A DNA stretch of 64,000 nucleotides from Octopus bimaculoides (taxonomy: Eukaryota): contig NC_068992.1 in assembly GCF_001194135.2 (NCBI RefSeq), positions 9,750,873 through 9,814,872 of the forward strand, given 5' to 3'. The position numbers were made by a program, and so were the translations under genes. The notes beneath the pieces were generated by a model, which was not told the DNA's origin, did not search any database, and worked only from the letters and a program-made list of their open reading frames with translations. Shown here piece after piece: positions 51,660-63,680 of the stretch; positions within the stretch are counted from its first letter, which is position 1; every line of letters begins with the position of its first letter.

Positions 51660-52727
51660 ATTTACTCTTTACTCTTTTACTTGTTTCAGTCATTTTGACT
51701 GCGGCCATGCTGGAGCACCGTCTTTAGTCGAGCAAATCGACCCCAGGACTTATTCTTTGTAAGCCTAGTACTTATTCTATCGGTCTCTGTTGTCGAACTG
51801 CTAAGTTACGGGGACGTAAACACACCAGCATCGGTTGTCAAGCAATGTTGGGGGTCAAACACATACATACATACATATATTTGCCAGTGCCCCTGGACTG
51901 GCCCTTGTGCGGGTGACACATGAAATGTTTCGAGCGGGATCGTTGCCAGTGCCCATAGACTGGCTAATGTGCGGGAGACACATGAAATCTTTCGAGCGAG
52001 ATCGATGCCAGTGCCCCTGGACTGGCTCATGTGCGGGCGACACATGAAATNNNNNNNNNNNNNNNNNNNNNNNNNNNNNNNNNNNNNNNNNNNNNNNNNN
52101 NNNNNNNNNNNNNNNNNNNNNNNNNNNNNNNNNNNNNNNNNNNNNNNNNNNNNNNNNNNNNNNNNNNNNNNNNNNNNNNNNNNNNNNNNNNNNNNNNNNN
52201 NNNNNNNNNNNNNNNNNNNNNNNNNNNNNNNNNNNNNNNNNNNNNNNNNNNNNNNNNNNNNNNNNNNNNNNNNNNNNNNNNNNNNNNNNNNNNNNNNNNN
52301 NNNNNNNNNNNNNNNNNNNNNNNNNNNNNNNNNNNNNNNNNNNNNNNNNNNNNNNNNNNNNNNNNNNNNNNNNNNNNNNNNNNNNNNNNNNGCGGGCGAA
52401 ACGTAAAAGCACCCACTACACTCTCTGAGTGGTTGGCGTTAGGAAGGGCATCCAGCTGTAGAAACTCTGCCAAATTAGATTGGAGCCTGGTGTTGCCATC
52501 CGGTTTTACTAGTCCTCAGTCAAATCGTCCAACCCATGCTAGCATGGAAGGCGGACGTTAAACGATGATGATGATATATATATGATGGGCTTCTTTCACA
52601 CACAAGGCTTTGGTCAGCCCAAGTCTATAGTAGAAGACACTTGCCCAAGGTTCCACACAGTGGGACTGAACCTGGAACCATGTGGTTGGTAAGCAAGCTA
52701 CTTACCACACAACCACTCCTGCACCTA
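51660..52727 (-). mobile_element. SINE family B interrupted by a family A insertion
   Basis: B 3' half at 51660-51880 and B head at 52580-52727 in the same orientation, flanking the A element. Confidence 0.88.
51883..52575 (+). mobile_element. Family A element with a 62-bp tandem array (gap inside)
   Basis: gccagtgccc units at 51883, 51945 and 52007; standard 3' end at 52400-52575. Confidence 0.9.
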
Positions 52728-53095
52728 TTTGTAGAAACTTTCATTAAAAAATATCCATTTTCTGAAAGTTACGAAGAAACAAATTCAGAGATGGGAGGTG
52801 CATACTTGTGTAGTTTTGCCGAAACACTTAATGACTGTAATTTATATGGAATAACTTCAATGCCAAGTTCAGATAAGAAAAGGATAAAACAGAAACTATT
52901 ATTGACTTAAGGATGTTAACAGACAATGAATCATAATTCCTGGAATTCTGTGCCTAGTTTCATTTTCTGCATAACCATGAATTTTTTTTGAATTTTTTGT
53001 AATTTGATACATAGGAAAACCTAGAGTGAGTCAGAGCTTTAAAAATGAAAGTGACTTCTCCTGTATTTATTTTGTTATGTGTGTTCGTTGTATAG

Positions 53096-53251
53096 AGTGA
53101 AGTTGAAAGCAAAGCAAACAGCGACTGCAATGGCTTTATCAACAGAAACGCTACTCACGGAAACATTTTGGATGGGGTGTGACAGATATGAAGATGCAAG
53201 GAGATCCGTAGACACCTTGTTTTTAAACGAACCAAAAGACTCAGCAGCAGT
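53096..53251 (+). CDS. Candidate 156-nt symmetric exon, unassigned (VKLKAKQTATAMALSTETLLTETFWMGCDRYEDARRSVDTLFLNEPKDSAA)
   Basis: U-rich acceptor ...ttcgttgtatag, donor GT|gtaaga, phase 2-2 open frame, non-repetitive; antisense frame also open; no homology recognised. Confidence 0.35.
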
Positions 53252-53327
53252 GTAAGAGGCAGGAGAATACGAATGCCATGGGACACATAAAGTCATCCTT
53301 TTCTTTTCTTATGCAGGTATTATGACA

Positions 53328-53938
53328 GTGGAGGTGCATGGCACAGAGAGAGAGAGAGAGAGAGAGAGAAGTGGTTATGATAATCGGTTGCCGATCAATA
53401 TGGTCGTGAGTTCGATTACCGGTGACACGTTGCTGTGTCCTTGATGCAAGACACTTTATTTCATGTTGCTCCAGTCCTCTCAGCTGGCAAAAACGAGCAG
53501 TATCTATATTACAAAGGGCCAGCTATGTCACGCTGAATTTCCCCGGAGAACTACATTAAAAGGGTAATCTTCAAGTTTAGGGGGATAAAAAAATAAATAA
53601 AAATATTCAAGGGAAATAACTGAACGACTTACCAGTATTATCCGTTTTCTTCTAGCTGTTTATAAATAAATCACACCCTAACCCTAACCCTAATGTCAAT
53701 CAAATCACGTGTGATTTATTTATAAACAGAGATGTACGGAGAATACTGGTAAGACGTTCAGTTACTTCCCTTGAATTTTTTTATTTATTTTTTTATCCCC
53801 CTAAACTTGAAGATTACCCATTAAAAGTACGTGTATCTGTGGAGTGCTCAGCCACTTCCACATTAATTTCACCAGCAGGTTGTTCGGTTGATCGGATCAG
53901 CTGGAACCCTTGCTGTCGTAACTGATGGAGTGCCAGTA
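53328..53938 (+). mobile_element. Chimeric SINE (family E head and CORE, family D tail) interrupted by a MITE
   Basis: E-type tgtgtccttgatgcaagacact...ccagtcctctcagctggcaaaaa joined to D-type aaagggccagc...gagaactac...gtggagtgctcagccactt...ggagtgcca. Confidence 0.85.
53563..53818. mobile_element. Mutator-like (MULE) fold-back MITE, 256 bp, ~110-bp TIRs, perfect 9-bp TSD cattaaaag
   Basis: Ends ggtaatcttcaagtttagggggataaaaaa.../...ttttatccccctaaacttgaagattacc; TSD at 53554-53562 and 53819-53827. Confidence 0.88.
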
Positions 53939-54159
53939 TTACGACGGTGAATAAACAGACCTCAGATTGGTGGTGATTGGTGACATCCATTCTCCGAGTA
54001 TCGTAAACAATAGTTGCTATTTATACAATAAAGAGCACAGCTGTGAATGAACTGCTTGTAGGTTTGAAGGTTATAAGCTTTGGAAGGATAGCATTAGTCA
54101 CCCACTTAATATATCGAATTAATCAGAGATGAAGCACGTTTAATAATAAAAGTAGTCTC

Positions 54160-54410
54160 TCGATCCAACCGGCACAGATGATTTGTTTATAGTAATCAAA
54201 TGCTTGTGCTGCATATTACCTCACTTCCTCTATCAAATAGACATTACCTGTTCAGGTGTACAAGTGTGTCACACGCCATACGGTGAAATGATCGCAGAGT
54301 AATGCGAAATGAAGTGTTTTACGCGAGAACACAACGCACCGCCTGGTCCGGGAGAAGAACCCACGATTTCACACTCGAAACCACTGGGTCACGCGCCAAA
54401 GATAATCAGT
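54160..54410 (-). mobile_element. SINE family F (CORE-like)
   Basis: gatgatttgtttatagtaatcaa...gaaatgaagtgttttacgcgagaacacaacgc; related to 14230. Confidence 0.7.
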
Positions 54411-56579
54411 GCATAAGTGGGAAAGTTTTGATAAGTTTAGCTACCTTAGTACTAAAGGATCCAGGGACTGAGACGGTGTTGTTTGCTGAGAAGATAGCAG
54501 GTGTCCCTAACGAAGCAGTGGCTAGACTTAGTGGGAGGCCAGAGTTGGTAATGACGAGTAAAGAGCGTCTTTGGGGATTTTACATTTTTACGAAACATTT
54601 AAAGTTAGATACAGAAATAAAATCAAAAATTTTAAAAAGCTTAATGATAATTAAAATAAAGATATTTAAAGCTACGCTTGATTTATCAGTGGAAAGACAT
54701 GAGAGCGATTTGGTCTGTTTTGTTTACAGCAATAATGAAATACAATTTTTTACAAATGACAGTAAAATGTAATTTTTAACGAGGTATCTAAACATTTATA
54801 AAAATTCGACAAAATAGAAGTAAACAAAACTGAAAAAAAAGTTTTCATTCATTTAAAAACAACATTACAATTTATTTACAAATTTCCCCTTTAATCCCAC
54901 ATGTAGTTTATAATTCAACATTAATAGTTCAGCGTTTATAACTTCGCATTTTGTTTAAAACTATTTTCCTGTAATAAAAGAAATAAAATAAAATACCATG
55001 TTTATGAAATTATATCCTAAACTGTAAATATTTAAAAGAATGTAACTTACTTCCTCATCGGCACCAGCGGCGTAATTAAACTGAACTAGCTAAAAGAGCA
55101 GTCATCGAAAGTGGTTCCAAAATCCGGTTTGTGAACATAAACATATCGACAAGAATTCTTTCATATCGAAACGTTCTGTTGTGGATAGAATGTTCTAAAA
55201 TCTGTTTACTTTTCACTACTTTACGACGGTAAACTGTATGTTAACCAAATATGATGTATGTGATTCATTTTAATTTCGAATTATAAACATTCATTTAGAA
55301 ACAATCCCGTATCATGTTTTAAGATCCACATTAAACAATGACGTCAAAAAGGAAAAAAAGGCAATTCACTCTTTAATTAGATACTTAATTAGATATCAAA
55401 CTAATAATTCCGACATAAAGGAGAATTAAATTTACACCATCATTAGTTTCTTCTCCAAAAATAAAGTCCTCTGCTATACATACACCCTTATAGCCAAAAC
55501 ATCAAGAAAACTATTTCGACATTCTTCAAATTTCTTTTTATTCCAATATTCGGGTTGTATTTTGTTCTTATACCCAAGACTAGCTGCACTGCACAGTTCG
55601 TTCTATTTTCAATAATGCAAATTATTCTATACAATTATTTTAAAAACCGGAAAGCTACTCTTTTTTTGAACAACAACGTCGTTGTTACGAATTTTCAATG
55701 ATGAATAGATATCATTGTTTTTGTTTTTGAGGTTTTAGATCCTTCGCCTCTGTACATCGACGAAACACACAATAGACTTCCACACAGTTTCTGTCAACTA
55801 AATTACACACAAGTATGTATTGTACGTATTGTGTATTACACTCGTTGTGTATATTAATACACAATGCACATGACACTTCCCCATGGTGCCATGCTGTAGA
55901 ATCGAACCCGGAACCACGCAGCTAAGTCAAAATCCCAGCTAATGGCATTATAATAGAACTTTATCTCACCTTGTGTAATCCCGAAATCCTTTTTGCTATA
56001 GTCACAATGCCTGAAATTTTGGCAGGGTGGGAGCTGATCGATTACATCGGCCCCAGTGCTAAACTCGTACTTATTTCATCGACCCGAAAGCCATGGCATA
56101 CTGTTTCAATACTTTATGATACGTTTTCTCATTTTGTTTTTTAACAGCTTCATCTCGATTCTTCTGGACAACATCTTATTTTTAATCTTCCTAATTTCTA
56201 TACCTGGTATCTATTTACGACTAGGTGGAGTGTGTGACTGAAAGCTATTATTTATCTATATAAACGATCCATTATATAGTCACAGGGAATCGAAACAGCG
56301 ATCGAATTCTATCTATACCATCTTCGAAGTCTTTTGGAGAAGATGAGATGATACGAGGGGAAGAAATGATATAAAGATCGAAAACAAAACAAAAGTTTAC
56401 AGAACTTAATTTCTCCGTTAATGATTTTGTTTCTGCAATCTTCTTTCCATTTTCAGTCGTAGTCAGTTCACTCCACTAACGTCGCTAATGTCTTTGAGAA
56501 AAGCATGGACATTGCATAATCTCTACGATTCTTAAGTATCTGGTACTATGTGAGAATATATATATACATATACAGTACA

Positions 56580-56582
56580 GAC

Positions 56583-56660
<78 letters not shown>

Positions 56661-56691
56661 GGATGGATAGACGGACAGACGGACGGATGGA

Positions 56692-56722
<31 letters not shown>

Positions 56723-56831
56723 GCGGACGGATGGATAGATAGATGGGTAGATAGATAGATAGACGGACGGACGTATGGATAGATGGATAGATGGATGGAT
56801 GGATAGACGGACAGACGGACGGATGGATAGG

Positions 56832-56878
<47 letters not shown>

Positions 56879-56960
56879 GCGGACGGATGGGTAGATAGAT
56901 AGATAGACGGACGGACGTATGGATAGATGGATAGATGGTATGATGGATGAAAAGACAGAT
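56580..56960. repeat. (GATA)n/(GATG)n/(GACG)n tetranucleotide tract
   Basis: Directly visible. Confidence 0.97.
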
Positions 56961-57601
56961 TTAGAAAAGAGAGAGAGAACAAAGAAACTTCTGTAAATGA
57001 TCAAAACAAAACAAAGAGAAATTGAGATTTTCTTATACTGTTTAGGAAAAAAAAAACTAATGTTAACTGTTGCTATTTTGTAGAACGCAGTTGGAACCTA
57101 TGGAATGAAACGCAACAGGTTATGGCAGCGGTGAAGAAAGGGAAACCAGCTACTTTACCGTTCGATAATTCAAAGAAAGCGCACTTCTTGCTCGAGTCTT
57201 CAGTAGCGACTGCAGATAGGTAGTCTTACGTCATCAGTGCGAGACAACCAATGAGGTAATAGAAAGGGTAAGAGTATAAGAGAAAGAGGGAGAGAGTTGA
57301 ATTAATAGCACAAAGGGGTACGTTCATAAATACCAGTTACTTCGCTCTTCCTGTTATCCTCTCGGATAACTAACATATGCACATGTACTGTGTATGTATA
57401 TATATATATATATAAACAAGATATCTTACCTGATCAACATTGGGCATCTGCGTTTAGACTTTTTTTTGTTTTGTTTTATGTTTTTTATGGTGGTTTTTGT
57501 ATTTTCCCCCATTTAGATACGGTTGCACAGTACTGCCTGGCAACGTATTTTCTCATTGCATTCTAATACTGCATGCACTAAGTGTGTTTGTGTGTTTGTA
57601 T

Positions 57602-57638
<37 letters not shown>

Positions 57639-57714
57639 ACATACACACATTCACAAATATATATATACATACACACATATATACACATATATATATGCAT
57701 GTATGTGGATGTCT

Positions 57715-57955
57715 TGAAATATCTCTCCCTGACGAAGGTCAACAAAACAATCAGGCAGATGTGCATTAGTAAGGTACTAAATAATGCTTGAATAATATGC
57801 CTTTGAAGAGTCTTTGTGGATGCTGCAAAGTGGAAGATGTCAAAGAGACAGGGATACCATCCTTTTACAAAGGATGGTATCCCTGCAGAATTGTACAAAG
57901 CTCTGAGTCAAGAGTCTTTCGAAGCATTCTATAATGCTCTTTCTCTATTGGCAAG
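57715..57955 (+). mobile_element. RTE RT N-terminal fragment, rearranged
   Basis: LTKVNKTIRQMCISK and KDGIPAELYKALSQESFEAFYNAL match the VxxAIKQMxxxKAPGxDGIPAExYKAL motif. Confidence 0.7.
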
Positions 57956-58179
57956 AAATCTGAATAATTACATACCTACATACATATACAACACATGCAT
58001 ATATATGTATGCACACACAAACTCTTATATACGTATATGATACATACATAAGTGTGTGTTTGTGTGTGCGTGCAGATGAACTTGCACTGATACATATACA
58101 TTAACACACATATGTTTGCACACTTGATATACAAATTCTTTTGGGTATATATGTCTATGGAATAGATGAAGTGAGTATA

Positions 58180-59735
58180 GTTAGCTGAGGAATGGCTAGA
58201 AAAAGCAAAGCTTTGGATAGAATTATTAACTTAAGACTAGTCATAAACAAAACCATTGTGGCAGTTAGCTCCATATATGCAAAGCTAGCAGACGATCAAA
58301 GGACTGCTTTTATAAATCCCTCTTACAGCCTACCTTCACAATGAATGAGGGCAATAACATTGTCACAGCTGGACATTTTAATGGACATATTAGGAAACAG
58401 CATGAGATAGTTTCTCTAGTATATATGGAGACTATGTAGATGGTATGAGAAATGAAAAAGAACAAGGCTTCTAGAGTTTTGTAATGCAAATGACCCAACT
58501 GTTTACCACTTGTATAAACTGGCCAACCATTTGATCAAACACACAAGCCAGATAGACATTATACTCACCAGGAAGCAAAATAGATAAATGGTTGTGATTA
58601 CTAAGTCTGTCCACAATGAAGAATGTGTAATTCAATATCTACTAGCATTTAGTGACTCCAACCCTTTGTTTATCTAAAGTATTTTCACAAGCTTGACCTA
58701 AACACCCATGAATTTTATCAGACTTTTAATTAGCCTTTATTTCATATATATTCTGAATAAGTTACTCTGGTGGTTGAAAAAATTTGGAATGTGTACCATA
58801 TATGATGCATAGACTCCAGGGATAGAGGACAGGCAAAATGTTAAAATAGAATTTAGTAATATAAATTTGTCATTATTACACTTGTATTTTCCACTGAATG
58901 TTAATGGATGGTTTCGATTTAAATCCCTTTAAAACAGTAATTTTGTATCATAGAACCAAAATGGTCCCCTGTGAGATGGCAGCAAAAGGACTAGAAAAGG
59001 AAAGTATGGAAGCTGAAAGAGTCCACTACCAATTGTAGATTCAGAAAAGTATGAGTTGATGCATATGACTGAAGAGAGGAGGAGATGCCACAGGATGACT
59101 GGCAGTCTCTATGAGACAACCAGCTTAGGGCTACAGACAAGATCTATTGATATAATAGTTGGTGCAAGGTTTCAGTCTGATGGAAAATAGAGTAGAAAGA
59201 ATCATAAAAGATGAGAGACAGGCTTAGAAAAGGGTCAGAAAAGAGCAGGGCCAAGTAACTAAAAATGAAAGCTAACAGAGAATCTGAAAGAGGTTTGTCA
59301 TTGTTTTGTAGCACGGGAATCAAAGATGTGAAGTGTTCTAAATTGCAACATAGTTTACTGTAAAAAAAATCATGGCTTTGTTGGAAAGGAGTGTTTACAG
59401 AATAACAATTGTACACTTGACTTCACTTGATATCAAAAAGACAGAGACATAGAATTGCTTTTAGAAAAGATTTCTGAAGAAGAGAGAGTGGTGAGGAAGA
59501 GCCTACTTCAAGTAAATCCCACAAGAGAACGATTACTAAAATTAAGAGCCATCTGGTCAAAAGCACAATGGGAAATAAAGGCAGAATAATCAGAGAATAC
59601 AGCTGAGTCATAGAGATTTGTTAGTTAGATGCCTGAAATAACTGGGACAGCAGGTTGTGTAGTAATCATTCACATAGTGAATCATGTTGTACAGGAAAAC
59701 ACTTAATGACTGGCATAGCATTATCTTCAACTGCT
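58180..59735 (+). mobile_element. Decayed RTE-clade LINE ORF: AP-endonuclease, linker and RT start
   Basis: DRIINLRLVINKT; AGHFNGHI; RLLEFCNAND; SQID(Y)ILTRKQ; EECV; KVWKLKE; LRATDKI; HIVNHVVQE...DWHSIIFNCY(K)G, in the expected order, with an AT-rich interruption at ~58660-58940. Confidence 0.8.
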
Positions 59736-59787
59736 ACAATGGCCATGAAACTACATATGTGTGTGTGTATATATATATATACACATA

Positions 59788-60005
59788 CACAAGGGGGTAC
59801 TGAAAAGTTTCTGGCTTTGGGTAAAAGAAAATACAGGAGGATCACTTAATTATGATTTTATTCAACTTATTCCCCTCTCAGATTCACACACATATTGCAG
59901 CAGTCGTTCAGTTTTTCTAAGCCCTGTAAAAGAACTCAGAATGTTGGGCCTCCAACCAGGCCTTTTGCAGTTCCTTAAAACCAAGAACTTTTCAGCACCC
60001 CTTCA
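59788..60005. mobile_element. mariner-type MITE with TA flanks
   Basis: ta|cacaagggggtactgaaaagtttctgg ... ccaagaacttttcagcaccccttca|ta inverted termini. Confidence 0.85.
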
Positions 60006-60034
60006 TATATGTGAATATGTATATATATACATAT

Positions 60035-60348
60035 AACTGGCACGCCATCAGTTATGATGACAAGAGTTCCAGATCATCAAATTAACATGCAACTGGCTGA
60101 GCACTCCACAGATACACGTACCCTTAACATAGTTCTCAGGAGGATTCAGCAGGACACTGAATGTGACAAGGCTAGCCCTTTGAATTATACTTACAACACA
60201 TTGGAGTGGTTGGCATTAGGAAGGGCATCCATCTATAGAAACATTGCCAGATAAAATTGGAGCCTAGTGCAGCCACTGGCTTTCCAGACCTCAGTCAGAC
60301 CATCCAACTCATGCCAGCATGAAAAACGGACGTTAATTGATGATGATG
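60035..60348. mobile_element. Family D 3' part (minus) abutting an old family A 3' end (plus)
   Basis: tggctgagcactccacagatacacgtacccttaac (D) and gagtggttggcattaggaagggcatcc...cggacgttaattgatgatgat (A). Confidence 0.8.
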
Positions 60349-60368
60349 ACACACACACACATTTATAT

Positions 60369-61226
60369 ACAGGGTGCGGTGAATAAATTGTTGTCTAAAT
60401 TACGCAAAAATGAAAATGACTCTGACGTCTCATTTTAACAGATATATTTACCAAAATGACATTAAAATATTTTGAAATACTAAAGAGTAAATTCATTCAA
60501 TAAAATCGCCATTGGCTTCAACCACAGCCTCCAGACGACTTTGGAATCTCCTGCAACTCTTCTGGACGGTCTCCTTGTTTAAGTTGGTGAATGCTGCTAT
60601 AATCCTTGCCTTCAGTGCACCTTTAGTGTTATAAGGAGTTTTATTGGTCTTAACTGCACTCCACAGATAATAATCAAGGGGGTTGCAGTGTGGGGAGTTA
60701 GGTGGCCAGATGTTAAAAATGATGTGGTTGCAAAATTGTCTGACAGCCATAACTGGGTTCTCCTGCTTGTGTGGCATGGAGCAGAGTCCTGTTGCGAGAC
60801 ATAAAGTCTTCCAGTAGCCACCCTTATGAACCAGGCAGTACTACCTCCTCCAGGCATTTGATGTAGGCCTTCGTGTTGAGTGTGAGGCCATGCAGGAAGA
60901 TGAATGGCAGCATAACATTGCCATCACTAGTGATCACTCCAAACACCTTGATGTTGACTGGATGTTTGATTTTTATCACTCTCAGTACATGTTCTCAGAT
61001 TGACACCCAAACACCCTGAAATGTTTGTATTGGAGCTTCCGGCACAAATGCAAGTAGTACAACATGTCATTTCCAAATTTCTGGCAGATTTGTGTCATAG
61101 TGCTGTTTTTTCTCACAGACAGTGCCCAACTGACCCTACCATACTGTGTAGCCGACAAAATCAAAAACAAACAATGTGCATGCAAAAACTGAAAAATATA
61201 AAATGGTAACAATTTACCCATTACAC

Positions 61227-61229
<3 letters not shown>
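60369..61229 (-). mobile_element. Internally deleted Tc1/mariner maT (DD37D) transposon with both degenerate TIRs
   Basis: N-terminal CAGSSNTNISGCLGVNLRT fused to KHPVNIKVFGVITSDG...QQDSAPCHTSRRTQ...WPPNSPHCNPLDYYLW...RLEAVVEANGDFIE*; 37 residues between the Ds after frameshift correction; ends cagggtg....tg..taaattgtt. Confidence 0.88.
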
Positions 61230-61312
<83 letters not shown>

Positions 61313-61894
61313 TCTGTGGTTGGCAAAATTGTACACACAAACACCTGTCTATGAGAGCAGTAACTCCCCATAAGAAATAACTCAGAATGTGACACATTAG
61401 CCAAACAATACCAGCACAATGTTGATGTTGTTGTTGTCGCCTGTTTAATATCCCCATGCCTCCTACATTACTTTAATCTGTTATTGTGTACAACAATGGC
61501 GCCAACAAACTTTACAACAATAGGATTAAATTGAATTGTATCATATTTGTAGTTTGTCCTGACAGTAGGTGTGCAGTGACCTGCTCCAATATTATTTCAC
61601 AATAGCCATAAAAGTCATTGATTTAAATTTACAAACTAAAATAATATAGACATGAAATAATGTAGATATGAACGCATACTAAAAGAATGGGAAGAAGAAA
61701 TATGATATTCTATGAAAACCCAGTTTAGTACATAAACTTATGATGATATCAGTAAATAAAAAAATAAACATAAAAATTCTACATTACAACATTTAGCAAT
61801 CTAGTTATTTATGTATGCTCAAAATTTAGGAGACTCTTTTAGTATACATGCCAATGGGGAAAAAATAGTAATAATGATGATAAAGATGGTTTCA

Positions 61895-62085
61895 AATTTT
61901 GCCACAAGGGCAGCCATTTTGCGGGGAGTGGTTAAGTTGATAACATCAACCCCAGTTATTGACCCCGAAAGGATGAAAGGCAAAGTCGACCTTGGCAGAA
62001 TTTGAACTCAGTACGTAGTAACAGATGAAATATCACTCAGCATTTCACCCGGTGTGCTAACGATTCTGCCAGCTCGCCACCTTAA
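61895..62085 (-). mobile_element. SINE family C
   Basis: ccccgaaaggatgaaaggcaaagtcgacc...ctaacgattctgccagctcgccacc. Confidence 0.88.
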
Positions 62086-63680
62086 TAATGATGATAATAA
62101 TAATAAAGGCAATTAGTAATCCTGACTCTAATGTATAGAGAATTAATGATTTTGATCCTAGCTTCCTTTTGGCTTGGTGCTCTTCCAAAGTTAGATACCC
62201 TTTCTAATACCAATCACTTTACAGAATGTGTGGGGTGCTTTTTATGTGGCACTAGTCAGTGAGTGTATAGATATTGGGTCATCCCATAAATAATGAGGTT
62301 TTTTTCTACTTCTTTTATTTTTCAATAATTGAGAGAAACAAAGTTCATTTTTAATCTAAAATACTCTTCTTCATTTTNNNNNNNNNNNNNNNNNNNNNNN
62401 NNNNNNNNNNNNNNNNNNNNNNNNNNNNNNNNNNNNNNNNNNNNNNNNNNNNNNNNNNNNNNNNNNNNNNNNNNNNNNNNNNNNNNNNNNNNNNNNNNNN
62501 NNNNNNNNNNNNNNNNNNNNNNNNNNNNNNNNNNNNNNNNNNNNNNNNNNNNNNNNNNNNNNNNNNNNNNNNNNNNNNNNNNNNNNNNNNNNNNNNNNNN
62601 NNNNNNNNNNNNNNNNNNNNNNNNNNNNNNNNNNNNNNNNNNNNNNNNNNNNNNNNNNNNNNNNNNNNNNNNNNNNNNNNNNNNNNNNNNNNNNNNNNNN
62701 NNNNNNNNNNNNNNNNNNNNNNNNNNNNNNNNNNNNNNNNNNNNNNNNNNNNNNNNNNNNNNNNNNNNNNNNNNNNNNNNNNNNAAATTTGACTGTTATT
62801 TGTAGCATGTGGCTAGCCTGCTTCAAAGACCTGGGGATATATGTCTTAAAATTTTTTTGTTTAAAAATTGAAATTTTACAAACAAATTTTTTTCAGAATC
62901 GGATCCTCCATAACCAAAAACGTGGGATTCCGTAAAACACGTGTACCGAGATGCAATTCGAAAAGTCTGCCTCTTACATAGATATATAAGTGTGAACGAT
63001 TCTATGTACTATACTGGATACATTTGGTGTTCGTCTGGTATATTGATTTTTTTCATTTTTATGTGTCTTGATTATGCCTGCACTGACGATTAAAAAGTGT
63101 ATTTTTGTGCACTAATTAGGAAATCATATGATCTGCGGTTGAATCTGTTTTTAAAAGGCTCGCTTCGAGAGTTGCATTCCCACGCGTTCGATGCAATGTG
63201 TTTATTATGGTAGTTCTGACTTTAAGAGTCTTTCCTAGCGTGAGGCATTTATGTTTAGTAATGCCCTTAATATAAATAAATAAATATATATCAATTTTAC
63301 CGACTGTTATGACGGAAAAATCGGATCTTGTGAATTTTCCGAAAGTCCTTTCCCCACTCCTCCAGGATCGTTAGCGCAATTGTTTTTTCACATTCGTTTT
63401 CTACATACTTGTTAACACCCAGTAGACTAGGATTTTTTTTTTTTGTTCACGGATGATCTTTATATTGACCGCTGAAACTGGTTAAACTAATTTCTTTGGA
63501 ACTTCAAACTCTCTCGCTTGTTCTGACATTACGCACCGGTGGCAGGCAATACAAGCGGTCGTTAGATAAGTACTTTCCTTTGACATATTCTAGTGTCAAT
63601 TTGTTATGTTGACCTGGAGTCTGGCAACACACACTCGATAAATTCTTAAGTGAATTGCAATCAGCATTCAGTTGTTCTCA

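Noticed and set aside
51883-52050. Palindromic repeat units resembling a CRISPR array
   Set aside because: Eukaryotic context, no unique spacers (whole units repeat), no cas genes, and embedded in a retroelement.
54302-54772. 156-aa plus-strand ORF
   Set aside because: Begins inside a SINE and ends in low-complexity A/T-rich sequence; no motif or convincing splice boundaries.
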